Shown here: piece after piece, positions 47,398-55,270 of the stretch
Layout of the letters: each line of letters begins with the position of its first letter
Position numbering within the stretch: position 1 is the stretch's first letter
Assembly: GCA_026394375.1 (NCBI GenBank)
Contig: JAPKYJ010000003.1
Coordinates: 33,846 to 97,845, forward strand
Reading direction: 5' to 3'
Origin: Methanomassiliicoccales archaeon
GTDB lineage: Archaea; Thermoplasmatota; Thermoplasmata; Methanomassiliicoccales; UBA472
DNA length: 64,000 nucleotides
Position numbers and translations under genes: made by a program
The notes under the pieces: generated by a model
Databases searched by the model: none
What the model was told of the DNA's origin: nothing
The model's input: the letters and a program-made list of their open reading frames with translations, nothing else

Positions 47398-48279
47398 ATG
47401 AAGGAGTGTTACTCAACAATCTTCCTGAGGGTATTATATAATGGAAATCAGAGTTCGAAGGGAATGAGCCGGGGCGATGTACGGGCGGTGGAGAACCCGA
47501 TCTCCGCGGTCTTCGATCTTGCCGAGGAGGTGAATGCGGAGATCCCCAAGTTCCGCAAGCTCGTTACCTACGCCACCATCTTCATCGGAATCTGGCTTTT
47601 CATCGATTTCATTCTTATGCTGGCTACCCTTGGTAGTCAGACAGTCGTGGGGCTGTTGCTGCTCATTCTCTTCGTGGTCGGCGTCTTGGCCTTGGCCATG
47701 CTCCGCAACCTGGGCGACTTCATGCGCTACTATGCCCAACGCCATGCGGCCATCGTGCGAGTGAGGGACGAGGACCCGGTCGTCTACGTGCCTAAGGGCG
47801 ACAGCGCGGTGCTCAGGCTCCTGGAGCTGCTACGGACGAAAAGCCCAAGCATGGCCCAGGCGATCGCGAACCATGACTACCAGGTCGCGGCCATATTGAA
47901 GGGCAATTCCGGCCTGCTATACAACTTCGATGCTTACTTGCGTTCCAGACCAGGAACGTTCTGGAAGCTCCTGGGGATCGGTTATCCAGGCTACCAGATG
48001 TTCGTGAAGGTCTTCGGATATCCTCCCCGGTCGGAGGACCTGGCCGCGCTCAAGACCGCCGCGGAGGACGTGTGCAAGGACAACCACATGCCACCGTCGC
48101 GGGTCATCGCTCTCTGGACGCGAAAGGCCGAGCAGGATCTATCCGAGCAGGCCTACAAGTTGCTCTCCGAAACCCAGGTGGCCATGTCCCATTGGGGGAA
48201 GCGCTATGTCTCCTCCCTGGAGCTCATCATCGAGAACGACGATGGCACCTACGAGTTCATACCTTACATCGCGGCATGA
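47398..48279 (+). CDS. Membrane protein (2 TM) with cytoplasmic C-terminal domain, unknown function
   Basis: The clean 293-aa ORF may start at MSRGDV (47464). No family recognised. Confidence 0.55.
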   Translation: MKECYSTIFLRVLYNGNQSSKGMSRGDVRAVENPISAVFDLAEEVNAEIPKFRKLVTYATIFIGIWLFIDFILMLATLGSQTVVGLLLLILFVVGVLALAMLRNLGDFMRYYAQRHAAIVRVRDEDPVVYVPKGDSAVLRLLELLRTKSPSMAQAIANHDYQVAAILKGNSGLLYNFDAYLRSRPGTFWKLLGIGYPGYQMFVKVFGYPPRSEDLAALKTAAEDVCKDNHMPPSRVIALWTRKAEQDLSEQAYKLLSETQVAMSHWGKRYVSSLELIIENDDGTYEFIPYIAA

Positions 48280-48319
48280 GCCGATAGGGAGCCGTTGTCC
48301 GCAAGAAGAGATAAGACGC

Positions 48320-48709
48320 TCACTTTGCACGGTCCGCCCAGTGAGGCATTCTTCGATATTGGTAGTGCTCCTGGATCTGCTCCCTGTAGATGGAAAGGAA
48401 GAACTCGTTGTACTTGCGGATGTACAGCACCCCCGCCTTGGTGATGCGCACCTCGTAGCGACCTTCGTGCTGCTCTACGGTGACCAGTCCATCCTCCACC
48501 AGCTTCTCGATGACCTTGTTCGTCATGAAATGGTTGGAGCGGATCTCATGTTTGATCTCCTCCTTGGAAATGCCTCGTGGACTGGAGCCAAGTATAGAGT
48601 CTATCTTGTCATCCAATCCATCCTGATATAGATCGATGCCAAGCTCCGAGACCAGCCGATTGAGCGTAAAACAACCGTAGATTTTGTGGTCCTTGTAGGT
48701 CTTGGACAT
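48320..48709 (-). CDS. Winged-helix DNA-binding protein (putative regulator)
   Basis: 129 aa. GISKEEIKHEIRSNHFMTNKVIEKLVEDGLVTVEQHEGRYEVRITKAG fits an HTH + wing pattern. Confidence 0.6.
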   Translation of the reverse strand: MSKTYKDHKIYGCFTLNRLVSELGIDLYQDGLDDKIDSILGSSPRGISKEEIKHEIRSNHFMTNKVIEKLVEDGLVTVEQHEGRYEVRITKAGVLYIRKYNEFFLSIYREQIQEHYQYRRMPHWADRAK

Positions 48710-48760
48710 CCTAGAGGCCAGATATGGGAGTGGGGTCTTTAAAACAGACGACCTCGGTCA

Positions 48761-49390
48761 TCACATCAGGTTGCCAAGCGAGCTGGCCAAGAAGTAGATT
48801 CCGAAGAAGAGCATGATCGCTCCTGAGGCCACGAACAGCCATTTGTGCCATTTCTGGCTCCAGGCCTCCTTGGTCTTGAAGACCGCCACCGAGACCAATG
48901 AGTACCAAGCGTAGTCGCAGGCCAGATGCACGATGATGAACAGGGGCAGCATGATCAGGCCGAACTCCACCGCTCCCGCGATGAGCGCCGCTCCCACCGT
49001 CGCCCACCATAGGATGAAATAGGGGTTGGCGGCGGTCATGACTATGCCTGAGAGGAAGGACCCTTTGCCCGCTGCATCCGCTTCCTTCAACTGCGTGTCC
49101 CGGGTGCGGATCAGGTCGTAGCCCATGTAGAGCAATATGATGCCTCCCACGAGGCCGATGACGAAGAAGACCATATCGTTGCGGAGCACCGTGTCCAGGC
49201 CTAGGAATATCGCTACGATGAGGGGCACCTCTATGACCGCGTGTCCGGTGGCGATCTTGATCCCCGCTCTGACGTCGCCATAGCCCTTGGCCACGGTGGT
49301 GGCGAAGATCGGTCCCGGGGCCATCACTCCTGACAGTGAGACGAAGGCGATGGTGGCCAGGAACAGTACAGGATTGTCAGCGGGCGTCAT
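48761..49390 (-). CDS. LysE/RhtB-family amino-acid exporter
   Basis: MTPADNPVLFLATIAFVSLSGVMAPGPIFATTV... and 6 TM helices. The ORF extends to 49540, but that would overlap the upstream gene. Confidence 0.8.
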   Translation of the reverse strand: MTPADNPVLFLATIAFVSLSGVMAPGPIFATTVAKGYGDVRAGIKIATGHAVIEVPLIVAIFLGLDTVLRNDMVFFVIGLVGGIILLYMGYDLIRTRDTQLKEADAAGKGSFLSGIVMTAANPYFILWWATVGAALIAGAVEFGLIMLPLFIIVHLACDYAWYSLVSVAVFKTKEAWSQKWHKWLFVASGAIMLFFGIYFLASSLGNLM

Positions 49391-49427
49391 CTCGCGCCCC
49401 CTATCCCTCGCACAATATTCAAACCTC

Positions 49428-50195
49428 TTATTGGCGCCCGAGAGGCGGGGAAGCGCGGATGCTATCAAGACCGTACCATTGCTCTGAGTGGTCAATGTAC
49501 TCCGAGGGCTCGACCTCGTGGATGAGCACCTGGTCCACATCGATCACCTGCACCACATGGATGTGCGCGTGCATGATCTCGTCCGGGGAGACCGGGGGAT
49601 TGGAGTAGTACATGTCGCAATAGCGTTTCACCTGGACCACCTCCTCCTGGCTGCGGAAGCGCGCCGGTTTGGTGAGCATCCGGGGGATGGGCATGATATA
49701 ATGCGGCGGCGCGCCAAGGGCGAAGCGATTGCAGAAGCCGCTATAGCGAGCGATCTTGCTGGCGATGCGGGCCTTGATGTAGTCGACGGGGTCGAGGGCG
49801 TGGGAGGGCGGAACGTAGCCAGTCTCCACCTCCACGATGAACGTGCCCATTCCCTTCTTGGCGAACACATCGCACGTCAGCCCGCTGTCCAAGGTGTGTT
49901 CCAGATCGACGTCGTAGCCAGCGGTGATCAGGTTCTTGGCCACGATGAGCTCGAGGATGGAATGATTTATCTTGAGCATGTTGCGGTCCCTGAGCTCCTT
50001 CAACCTCTGAGCCAGGCGTTCGATGTTGGCCTGCACCTCTCCTGAGACATCGACAGAAAGTCTTTGGATCAGAACGTCCACGTCCTTCTCATAGACGTTC
50101 TGGGATACGCCCTTCTTCTTTTGCGCCAGGGCTCCACCAGCTTGCTCCATTGGAACGGAAGGCATAGTATCTGGGCCTAGATGAACTATTTGCAC
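49428..50195 (-). CDS. Hypothetical protein with possible PD-(D/E)xK (Hjc-like) nuclease core
   Basis: ILELIVAKNLITAGYDV...CDVFAKKGMGTFIVEVETG aligns by eye to the Hjc E...D...ExK layout, with EVE in place of EVK. The start is uncertain (50195/50165/50150). Confidence 0.5.
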   Translation of the reverse strand: MQIVHLGPDTMPSVPMEQAGGALAQKKKGVSQNVYEKDVDVLIQRLSVDVSGEVQANIERLAQRLKELRDRNMLKINHSILELIVAKNLITAGYDVDLEHTLDSGLTCDVFAKKGMGTFIVEVETGYVPPSHALDPVDYIKARIASKIARYSGFCNRFALGAPPHYIMPIPRMLTKPARFRSQEEVVQVKRYCDMYYSNPPVSPDEIMHAHIHVVQVIDVDQVLIHEVEPSEYIDHSEQWYGLDSIRASPPLGRQ

Positions 50196-50425
50196 TCGCG
50201 GCTTACGATCAGCGTCAGCGTGGACCTTATCCCGGCGATCTTCCGCACCTTCAGGGTGATGCTGTTCTCCAGGGACTCCATGGTCTCCGCTTTCACCCTG
50301 GCAACGACGTCATAGACCCCGTAGACCAGGAACGCTTTCTCCACCTCAGGCAGGGCGCAGAGCTCATTCAGGATGTCCGCCTCCTTGCCGATCTCCGCGT
50401 TGACCAAGACGATCGCCGTTGGCAT
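50186..50425 (-). CDS. Stand-alone Lrp/AsnC ligand-binding (RAM) domain protein
   Basis: 79 aa. AIVLVNAEIGKEADILNELCALPEVEKAFLVYGVYDVVARVKAETMESLE. Confidence 0.8.
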   Translation of the reverse strand: MPTAIVLVNAEIGKEADILNELCALPEVEKAFLVYGVYDVVARVKAETMESLENSITLKVRKIAGIRSTLTLIVSRECK

Positions 50426-50673
50426 TCATTACCCGTATCAATTACGACTGCCTCGGCATATCAACCTGTTGCCTCCGCGTCATTTCTAAATACGTCCAAC
50501 CCTCTGCCCAAGCGGGTGCCGCTTTGAGCGGATCGCCCGGCAGGATGAAGAGAAGAGGGTCAGCTGATCGTAAGAGATGATGAGCCCTATGAGTGCAGAC
50601 TGCCAGCGGCGCCCCCTGACAAACGGTATTCTGAGGCCGAGTAAAGGATATTAATGCGGGAGCCATCCTAACA

Positions 50674-50693
50674 ATAGTATAGAATAGTATAGA
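50674..50693. repeat. Perfect 2 x 10-bp tandem repeat ATAGTATAGA
   Basis: Read directly in ...aaca[atagtataga][atagtataga]ggg..., inside a 539-bp gene-free region. Confidence 0.9.
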
Positions 50694-50964
50694 GGGCCAG
50701 AGCCAATGAACAACGCTCCCTGTGGAAGGGATTTTGGCCAATGTCAGTTCTAAGGTGTTCGACGTGACGGGTGCGCGAAGGAGATGCGCCTTTCCTACGC
50801 GCACAAATGCCAGGTCTATGAGTCCCCAGAAGGCATGCCTTTGGCCATCTGCCCTTTGATCGTCCAGAAGAGCGCCCGTTTGGGCCTGAGGACCGATTCC
50901 GGACCCGGCTCCCCAGTGGAATGAGCGTACGAACGGTCAAGGAGGGCGGGGCTCAGATGTTCTC

Positions 50965-51531
50965 TCATTCCAATCTGATGATGGTGATCTTGGCGCCAGG
51001 GATCTCTCCCGGCCCTCCGTAGCGCTTCTTGGTCACTATCCTCACGACCTGCGAGTCGTCAGGCAGGATCACATTGGCGAGGCCGTCGAGCACGGCCCGA
51101 ACGAGCTTGTCCAGATCAGGGCGGCGTGTGTTCTGGTGGACCCGCTTGGGAAGGCTCTTCGGGCGGGAGAAAACGAACTCCGCCTCCACTTCGTAGGCAC
51201 AGTCGCCATCATTGGAGTAGAAGGAGATCCTGCGTGCCTCATTGGCCCTCTGGGCCTCCGTGGCCACCCGAAGCTGCCATTGCTTGGTGTTCCGGTTCGT
51301 GGTCGTGGTGACCACCCGATCCAGCTTCTTGACGTAGAACGAGCGCGTGCTACCTTTGGGCTGCGGGTCTCCGGCCACGAAGAAAGAGATGCGATCGGCC
51401 TGCGATCCCTCTTCTTGAGGGTCGAGGTCATCAATCGGGCTTCGGTCATATCCGCCCTCTTCCGGCATCGGTCCCTGGAACATCATGCTATCGCTTGAAG
51501 TCTTCTCCTGAATGGAACCTTCGCCGCTCAT
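50965..51531 (-). CDS. RusA-family Holliday-junction resolvase-like protein with acidic N-terminal extension
   Basis: ISFFVAGDPQPKGSTRSF... and RPDLDKLVRAVLDGLANVILPDDSQVV match the RusA (PF05866) core, including the catalytic Asp cluster. Confidence 0.7.
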   Translation of the reverse strand: MSGEGSIQEKTSSDSMMFQGPMPEEGGYDRSPIDDLDPQEEGSQADRISFFVAGDPQPKGSTRSFYVKKLDRVVTTTTNRNTKQWQLRVATEAQRANEARRISFYSNDGDCAYEVEAEFVFSRPKSLPKRVHQNTRRPDLDKLVRAVLDGLANVILPDDSQVVRIVTKKRYGGPGEIPGAKITIIRLE

Positions 51532-51559
51532 TGCTTACATCTTGAATCGCACGGCCTCA

Positions 51560-52879
51560 TCAAGGCGACAAACGGTTGCGGTCCCGGGGGAAGAGGATGG
51601 TCTCGCGTATGTTAGGGAGGCCGAGCATCTTCTGCAGCAACCTCTCCACCCCCAATCCCCAGCCTCCATGCGGGGGCATACCGTAAGCGAACGCGTTCAG
51701 ATAGAAATCGAAAGAGCTTGGTTCCAGCCCTTTCTTGCCCATGCGCTCCACCAAGCGGTCGTAGCGATGCTCCCTTTGTCCACCAGAGGCGATCTCCTGT
51801 CCTCGGTAGTCCAGATCGAAGGAGAATGAGAAGGGCGTGCCGTCCCTCTCCATGATATAGAAGGGTTTGGCCTCTTCGGGATATTCGGTGATCCAGTAGA
51901 CGTCGTAGCCTTTCGCTGCCATGACGTCCCCTAGGGCCTTCTCTCCTTCGGTGCCCAGATCCTCTCCCTTGGCCATCTTGCATCCTTCCCTGTTCACCAG
52001 GTCCAGAGCATCCGAGTAGGTGATCACGGGATAGGGTGTCTTCGGCAGCTTGATCTCGGCGTTCGCCTTCGACAGCAGGTCCTGGCCCTGCTCTGCTATT
52101 CCCTTCAAGGTGTATTGGACGCAGCCCTCCAGCACATCAAGCACATCCCGCATGGAGCGGATGTGCGCCATCTCCGCGTCGAAGCTGATGAACTCCGAGA
52201 CGTGGCGGATGGTGTCCGATGGCTCGGCTCGGAAAGCGGGGCCGATCTCGAACACCCGGTCCAGGCCGGTGGACATGAGCATCTGCTTGTACAGCTGTGG
52301 GCTTTGCGCCAAGTAGGCTTCCTTGCCGAAATAGTCGATCTTGAAGAGCGTTGCTCCCCCCTCTGCTCCGGAGGCCACGATCTTGGGCGTGAATACCTCC
52401 ACGAAGCCATTCTCCACCAGATAGTGATCGATGAGCTGCAATGCCATGGACTTCAGCTCGAACACCGCCCTCACTTCTGGCTTGCGCAGGTCCATGAAGC
52501 GGTGGTTGAACCGCGTCTCCGTCTCCACCGAGACCTTGTCCACAACGCCCATAGGCAATGGGGAATGGGCGGTGGAGACCACCTCGTAGGAAGAGGGAAT
52601 GAGCTCATATCCGGCCCGAGCCTGCTGGCTCTGCTTGACTGCGCCGGTGACGCGCAGGACCGATTCTCTTGGCACCGTGGTGATGCCAGCGAAAAGCTCG
52701 GGCGTGACCTTCTTCTTCGGCACCGCTACCTGTATCACTCCGTGTCGATCGCGAAGGATGACGAACGCTATGCCGCCCAAGGCTCGGGTGTCTTGCACCC
52801 ACCCCTCGACGCAGACATCTTTGTCGAAGTCGTTCGCAGTGATGCTCTTCGAGTCGCGCATCGGTGCCGTCTCGTTCAT
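51560..52879 (-). CDS. aspS: Aspartyl-tRNA synthetase (archaeal type)
   Basis: OB-fold N-terminus VEGWVQDTRALGGIAFVILRDRHG. Class II motifs (FRAEPSDTIRHVSEF, GGWGLGVERL). The ORF extends to 52912. Confidence 0.92.
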   Translation of the reverse strand: MNETAPMRDSKSITANDFDKDVCVEGWVQDTRALGGIAFVILRDRHGVIQVAVPKKKVTPELFAGITTVPRESVLRVTGAVKQSQQARAGYELIPSSYEVVSTAHSPLPMGVVDKVSVETETRFNHRFMDLRKPEVRAVFELKSMALQLIDHYLVENGFVEVFTPKIVASGAEGGATLFKIDYFGKEAYLAQSPQLYKQMLMSTGLDRVFEIGPAFRAEPSDTIRHVSEFISFDAEMAHIRSMRDVLDVLEGCVQYTLKGIAEQGQDLLSKANAEIKLPKTPYPVITYSDALDLVNREGCKMAKGEDLGTEGEKALGDVMAAKGYDVYWITEYPEEAKPFYIMERDGTPFSFSFDLDYRGQEIASGGQREHRYDRLVERMGKKGLEPSSFDFYLNAFAYGMPPHGGWGLGVERLLQKMLGLPNIRETILFPRDRNRLSP

Positions 52880-53023
52880 GGCTCTCCCGCCGGAGGGATA
52901 AGCCCCGTCCATATTTATAGGCTGGCCACGGTCCAGTGTTCTCTGGACAAGGCCGATTTCAAATGCCGAAGGCAGATGGATTCCGGTAACATTATAATAC
53001 CCAATTCTTCAATACAGCCCCTC

Positions 53024-53248
53024 ATGCCGGTCAAGGTAAAGATCGATCACGATGCGTGCACTGCATGTGGATTGTGCTACAATGATGAATGCCCGGACGT
53101 CTTCGAAGAGGGCGAAGACGGCAACTCCTCGCTGAAGGCACCTTTCAGGAAGGGAGGCCCGACCGACGGGGAAATCCCAGATGACAAGAAGGCGTGCGCA
53201 CAGTCCGCCTCCGACGCCTGCCCCGTCTCCGCCATCTCGTTGGAATGA
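53024..53248 (+). CDS. Single-cluster ferredoxin (Pyrococcus/Thermotoga Fd type)
   Basis: MPVKVKIDHDACTACGLCYNDECPDVFEEGEDG...ACAQSASDACPVSAISLE*. This is only the last 74 codons of the otherwise antisense track ORF 52115-53248. Confidence 0.85.
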   Translation: MPVKVKIDHDACTACGLCYNDECPDVFEEGEDGNSSLKAPFRKGGPTDGEIPDDKKACAQSASDACPVSAISLE

Positions 53249-53390
53249 ACAGATCACGGGCTAGGTGATAACCCCTGGGGGCGAGGCCGGAATGACGCCC
53301 CTGTTCAGATCCATTCCAGGTCCAGCTGGTATGTCAAGTATTTTATATAGCCATTACATTCTTTGAGCATCCAAGGAAAGGGATGGCCAT

Positions 53391-54533
53391 ATGGTCAACA
53401 AAGTGACGGTTTCGGTTATCAAGGCTGACGTGGGCTCGGTGGTCGGTCACTCCCGACCCCACCCCAAGATGATGGCGCTGTGCGAGGACGTCCTTCGGGA
53501 GGGCATGAAGGCGGACGTCATTAACGACTTCTTCGTCACCCGGGTGGGCGACGACATCAACCTGTTCATGGCTCACGGGAAAGGAGAGAATCACAAGGAC
53601 GTCCACGGACTGGCCTGGGAGGCCTTCATGACCGCGTCCAAGGCCGCCAAGGACATGAAGCTTTACGCCGCCGGCCAGGACATCCTCAAGGATGCCTTCT
53701 CCGGGAACGTCCGAGGTGCGGGACCGGGAGCCGCCGAGATGGAGTTCGTGGAACGCGGCTCGGAACCGGTCCTCTTCTTCATGGCGGACAAGACCGAACC
53801 CTCTGCCTATTCCCTTCCGCTCACGCGCATCTTCATGGATCCGTTCACCACCACTGGCCTGGTCATCGACCCTCGAATGCATGTAGGCTTCAAATTCGAG
53901 ATCGTGGACGTGTTCAAGTGCAAGAAGATCGTCATGTCCTCTCCTGAGGAAAGCTATGACATCCTCAGCTTGCTCGGGGACACGACCAGATACGCCATCA
54001 AACGCATATTTAGCAAGGATGCATCTATCGGAGTGGCGTCGGTGGTCAGCACCGAGAAGCTGAACGTTTGCGCCGGCAAGTATGTGGGCAAGGATGACCC
54101 GGTCTGTGTAGTGCGCTGCCAGAGCGGTCTTCCGGCGGTGGGCGAGGTCCTGCAACCTTATATGTTCCCTCAGCTGGTCGCGGGATGGATGCGCGGTTCT
54201 CACTATGGCGCTTGGTACCCATGCTCCGTGGAGGATTCCGACCCCTCCTACTTCGATGGTCCTCCCCGTGTCGTGTGCTTGGGATTGCAGATCAGCAACG
54301 GCAAGTTCCAGGGCCTGGAGGAGCCGGGATCATCTCCCGGAGTGCACAGGCCGGTGGACTTCTTCGCCGGCAGCGTATGGGACGAAGCTCGACGGAAAGC
54401 AGTCAAGGTCAGCATCTACATCCGCCAGCACGGCCCGTTCATGCCTGGCATCCTCGGCCCCGAGGAGATGGAGTACACCACCCGTCCCGCGGTCCTGGAG
54501 AAGCTGACCAAAAGGATGGAAGACATTGACTGA
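53391..54533 (+). CDS. fbp: Fructose-1,6-bisphosphate aldolase/phosphatase (class V FBPase)
   Basis: 380 aa. TVSVIKADVGSVVGHSRPHP...FVTRVGDDINLFMAH is typical of the archaeal bifunctional enzyme. Confidence 0.92.
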   Translation: MVNKVTVSVIKADVGSVVGHSRPHPKMMALCEDVLREGMKADVINDFFVTRVGDDINLFMAHGKGENHKDVHGLAWEAFMTASKAAKDMKLYAAGQDILKDAFSGNVRGAGPGAAEMEFVERGSEPVLFFMADKTEPSAYSLPLTRIFMDPFTTTGLVIDPRMHVGFKFEIVDVFKCKKIVMSSPEESYDILSLLGDTTRYAIKRIFSKDASIGVASVVSTEKLNVCAGKYVGKDDPVCVVRCQSGLPAVGEVLQPYMFPQLVAGWMRGSHYGAWYPCSVEDSDPSYFDGPPRVVCLGLQISNGKFQGLEEPGSSPGVHRPVDFFAGSVWDEARRKAVKVSIYIRQHGPFMPGILGPEEMEYTTRPAVLEKLTKRMEDID

Positions 54534-55203
54534 GCTCCGCACCCCGGCGGTCATCATCAATTTCAAGGTCTACCGCGAGGTGGAGGGGAAGAAAGCTCTG
54601 GCTCTCTCCAAGCTCTGCCAGGACGTGGCCGAGACTTCGGGCGTGAACATCGTTGTCTGCCCTCCAACAGTGGAGCTTTCCGCGGTGGTCCACGGGACCA
54701 AGCTACCGGTTATGGCGCAGCATGTTGATCCGAAAGACCCCGGCTCGGCCACGGGCTGGGTGACCGCGGAAATGGTGAAGGCGGCAGGCGCGGTCGGCAC
54801 GCTCATCAATCATTCCGAGCATAGACTACCCGAGGAAGCGATCGCCCAGGTCATCGGCTCCTGCAGAAAGAACAGGCTCATATCCTGCGTCTGCGCCGAT
54901 ACCTCGGAGACATCCGGCTTCCTGGCCAAGCTCGGTCCGGACATGATCGCGATCGAACCCCCTGAGCTCATCGGAGGGGAGGTATCGGTCACCAACGCCA
55001 GGCCAGAGGTGGTGGAGAGGGCGGTAGCGGCGGTGCATCGGGTGGACGCTGGCATAGTCGTTCTGTGCGGGGCCGGGGTGAAGACCGGCGAGGACGTCAA
55101 GCGAGCCATCCAGCTCGGCGCCAAAGGCGTGCTCCTGGCCTCCGGAGTAGTCAAGGCCAAGGACCCGAGAGCGGCGCTCGAGGACCTTGTACGTTACATC
55201 TGA
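54526..55203 (+). CDS. tpiA: Triosephosphate isomerase (archaeal short form)
   Basis: 225 aa. VIINFKVY...LINHSEHRL...IAIEPPELIG. 8-nt overlap with fbp. Confidence 0.9.
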   Translation: MTELRTPAVIINFKVYREVEGKKALALSKLCQDVAETSGVNIVVCPPTVELSAVVHGTKLPVMAQHVDPKDPGSATGWVTAEMVKAAGAVGTLINHSEHRLPEEAIAQVIGSCRKNRLISCVCADTSETSGFLAKLGPDMIAIEPPELIGGEVSVTNARPEVVERAVAAVHRVDAGIVVLCGAGVKTGEDVKRAIQLGAKGVLLASGVVKAKDPRAALEDLVRYI

Positions 55204-55270
55204 ACTAGTCTGAGAGAACAGGCTCATTGTAGTGGAACACGATTTCGAGAGGCCTGCAGCTTCCGCGACG

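Noticed and set aside
50577-50619. C/D-box sRNA-like arrangement: AUGAUGA ... CUGA, 43 nt apart.
   Set aside because: No C' box, only a degenerate D' (CAGA), no terminal stem, and shorter than typical archaeal C/D sRNAs. It is probably chance.
50442-50940. Minus-strand ORFs 50442-50804 (120 aa) and 50668-50940 (90 aa).
   Set aside because: Their translations are R/S/P/G/H-rich with no domain-like pattern. The region is treated as non-coding.
52115-53023. First ~300 codons of the 377-aa + strand ORF 52115-53248.
   Set aside because: This part is antisense to aspS and non-protein-like. Only the last 74 codons (53024-53248) form a genuine ferredoxin with its own ATG.
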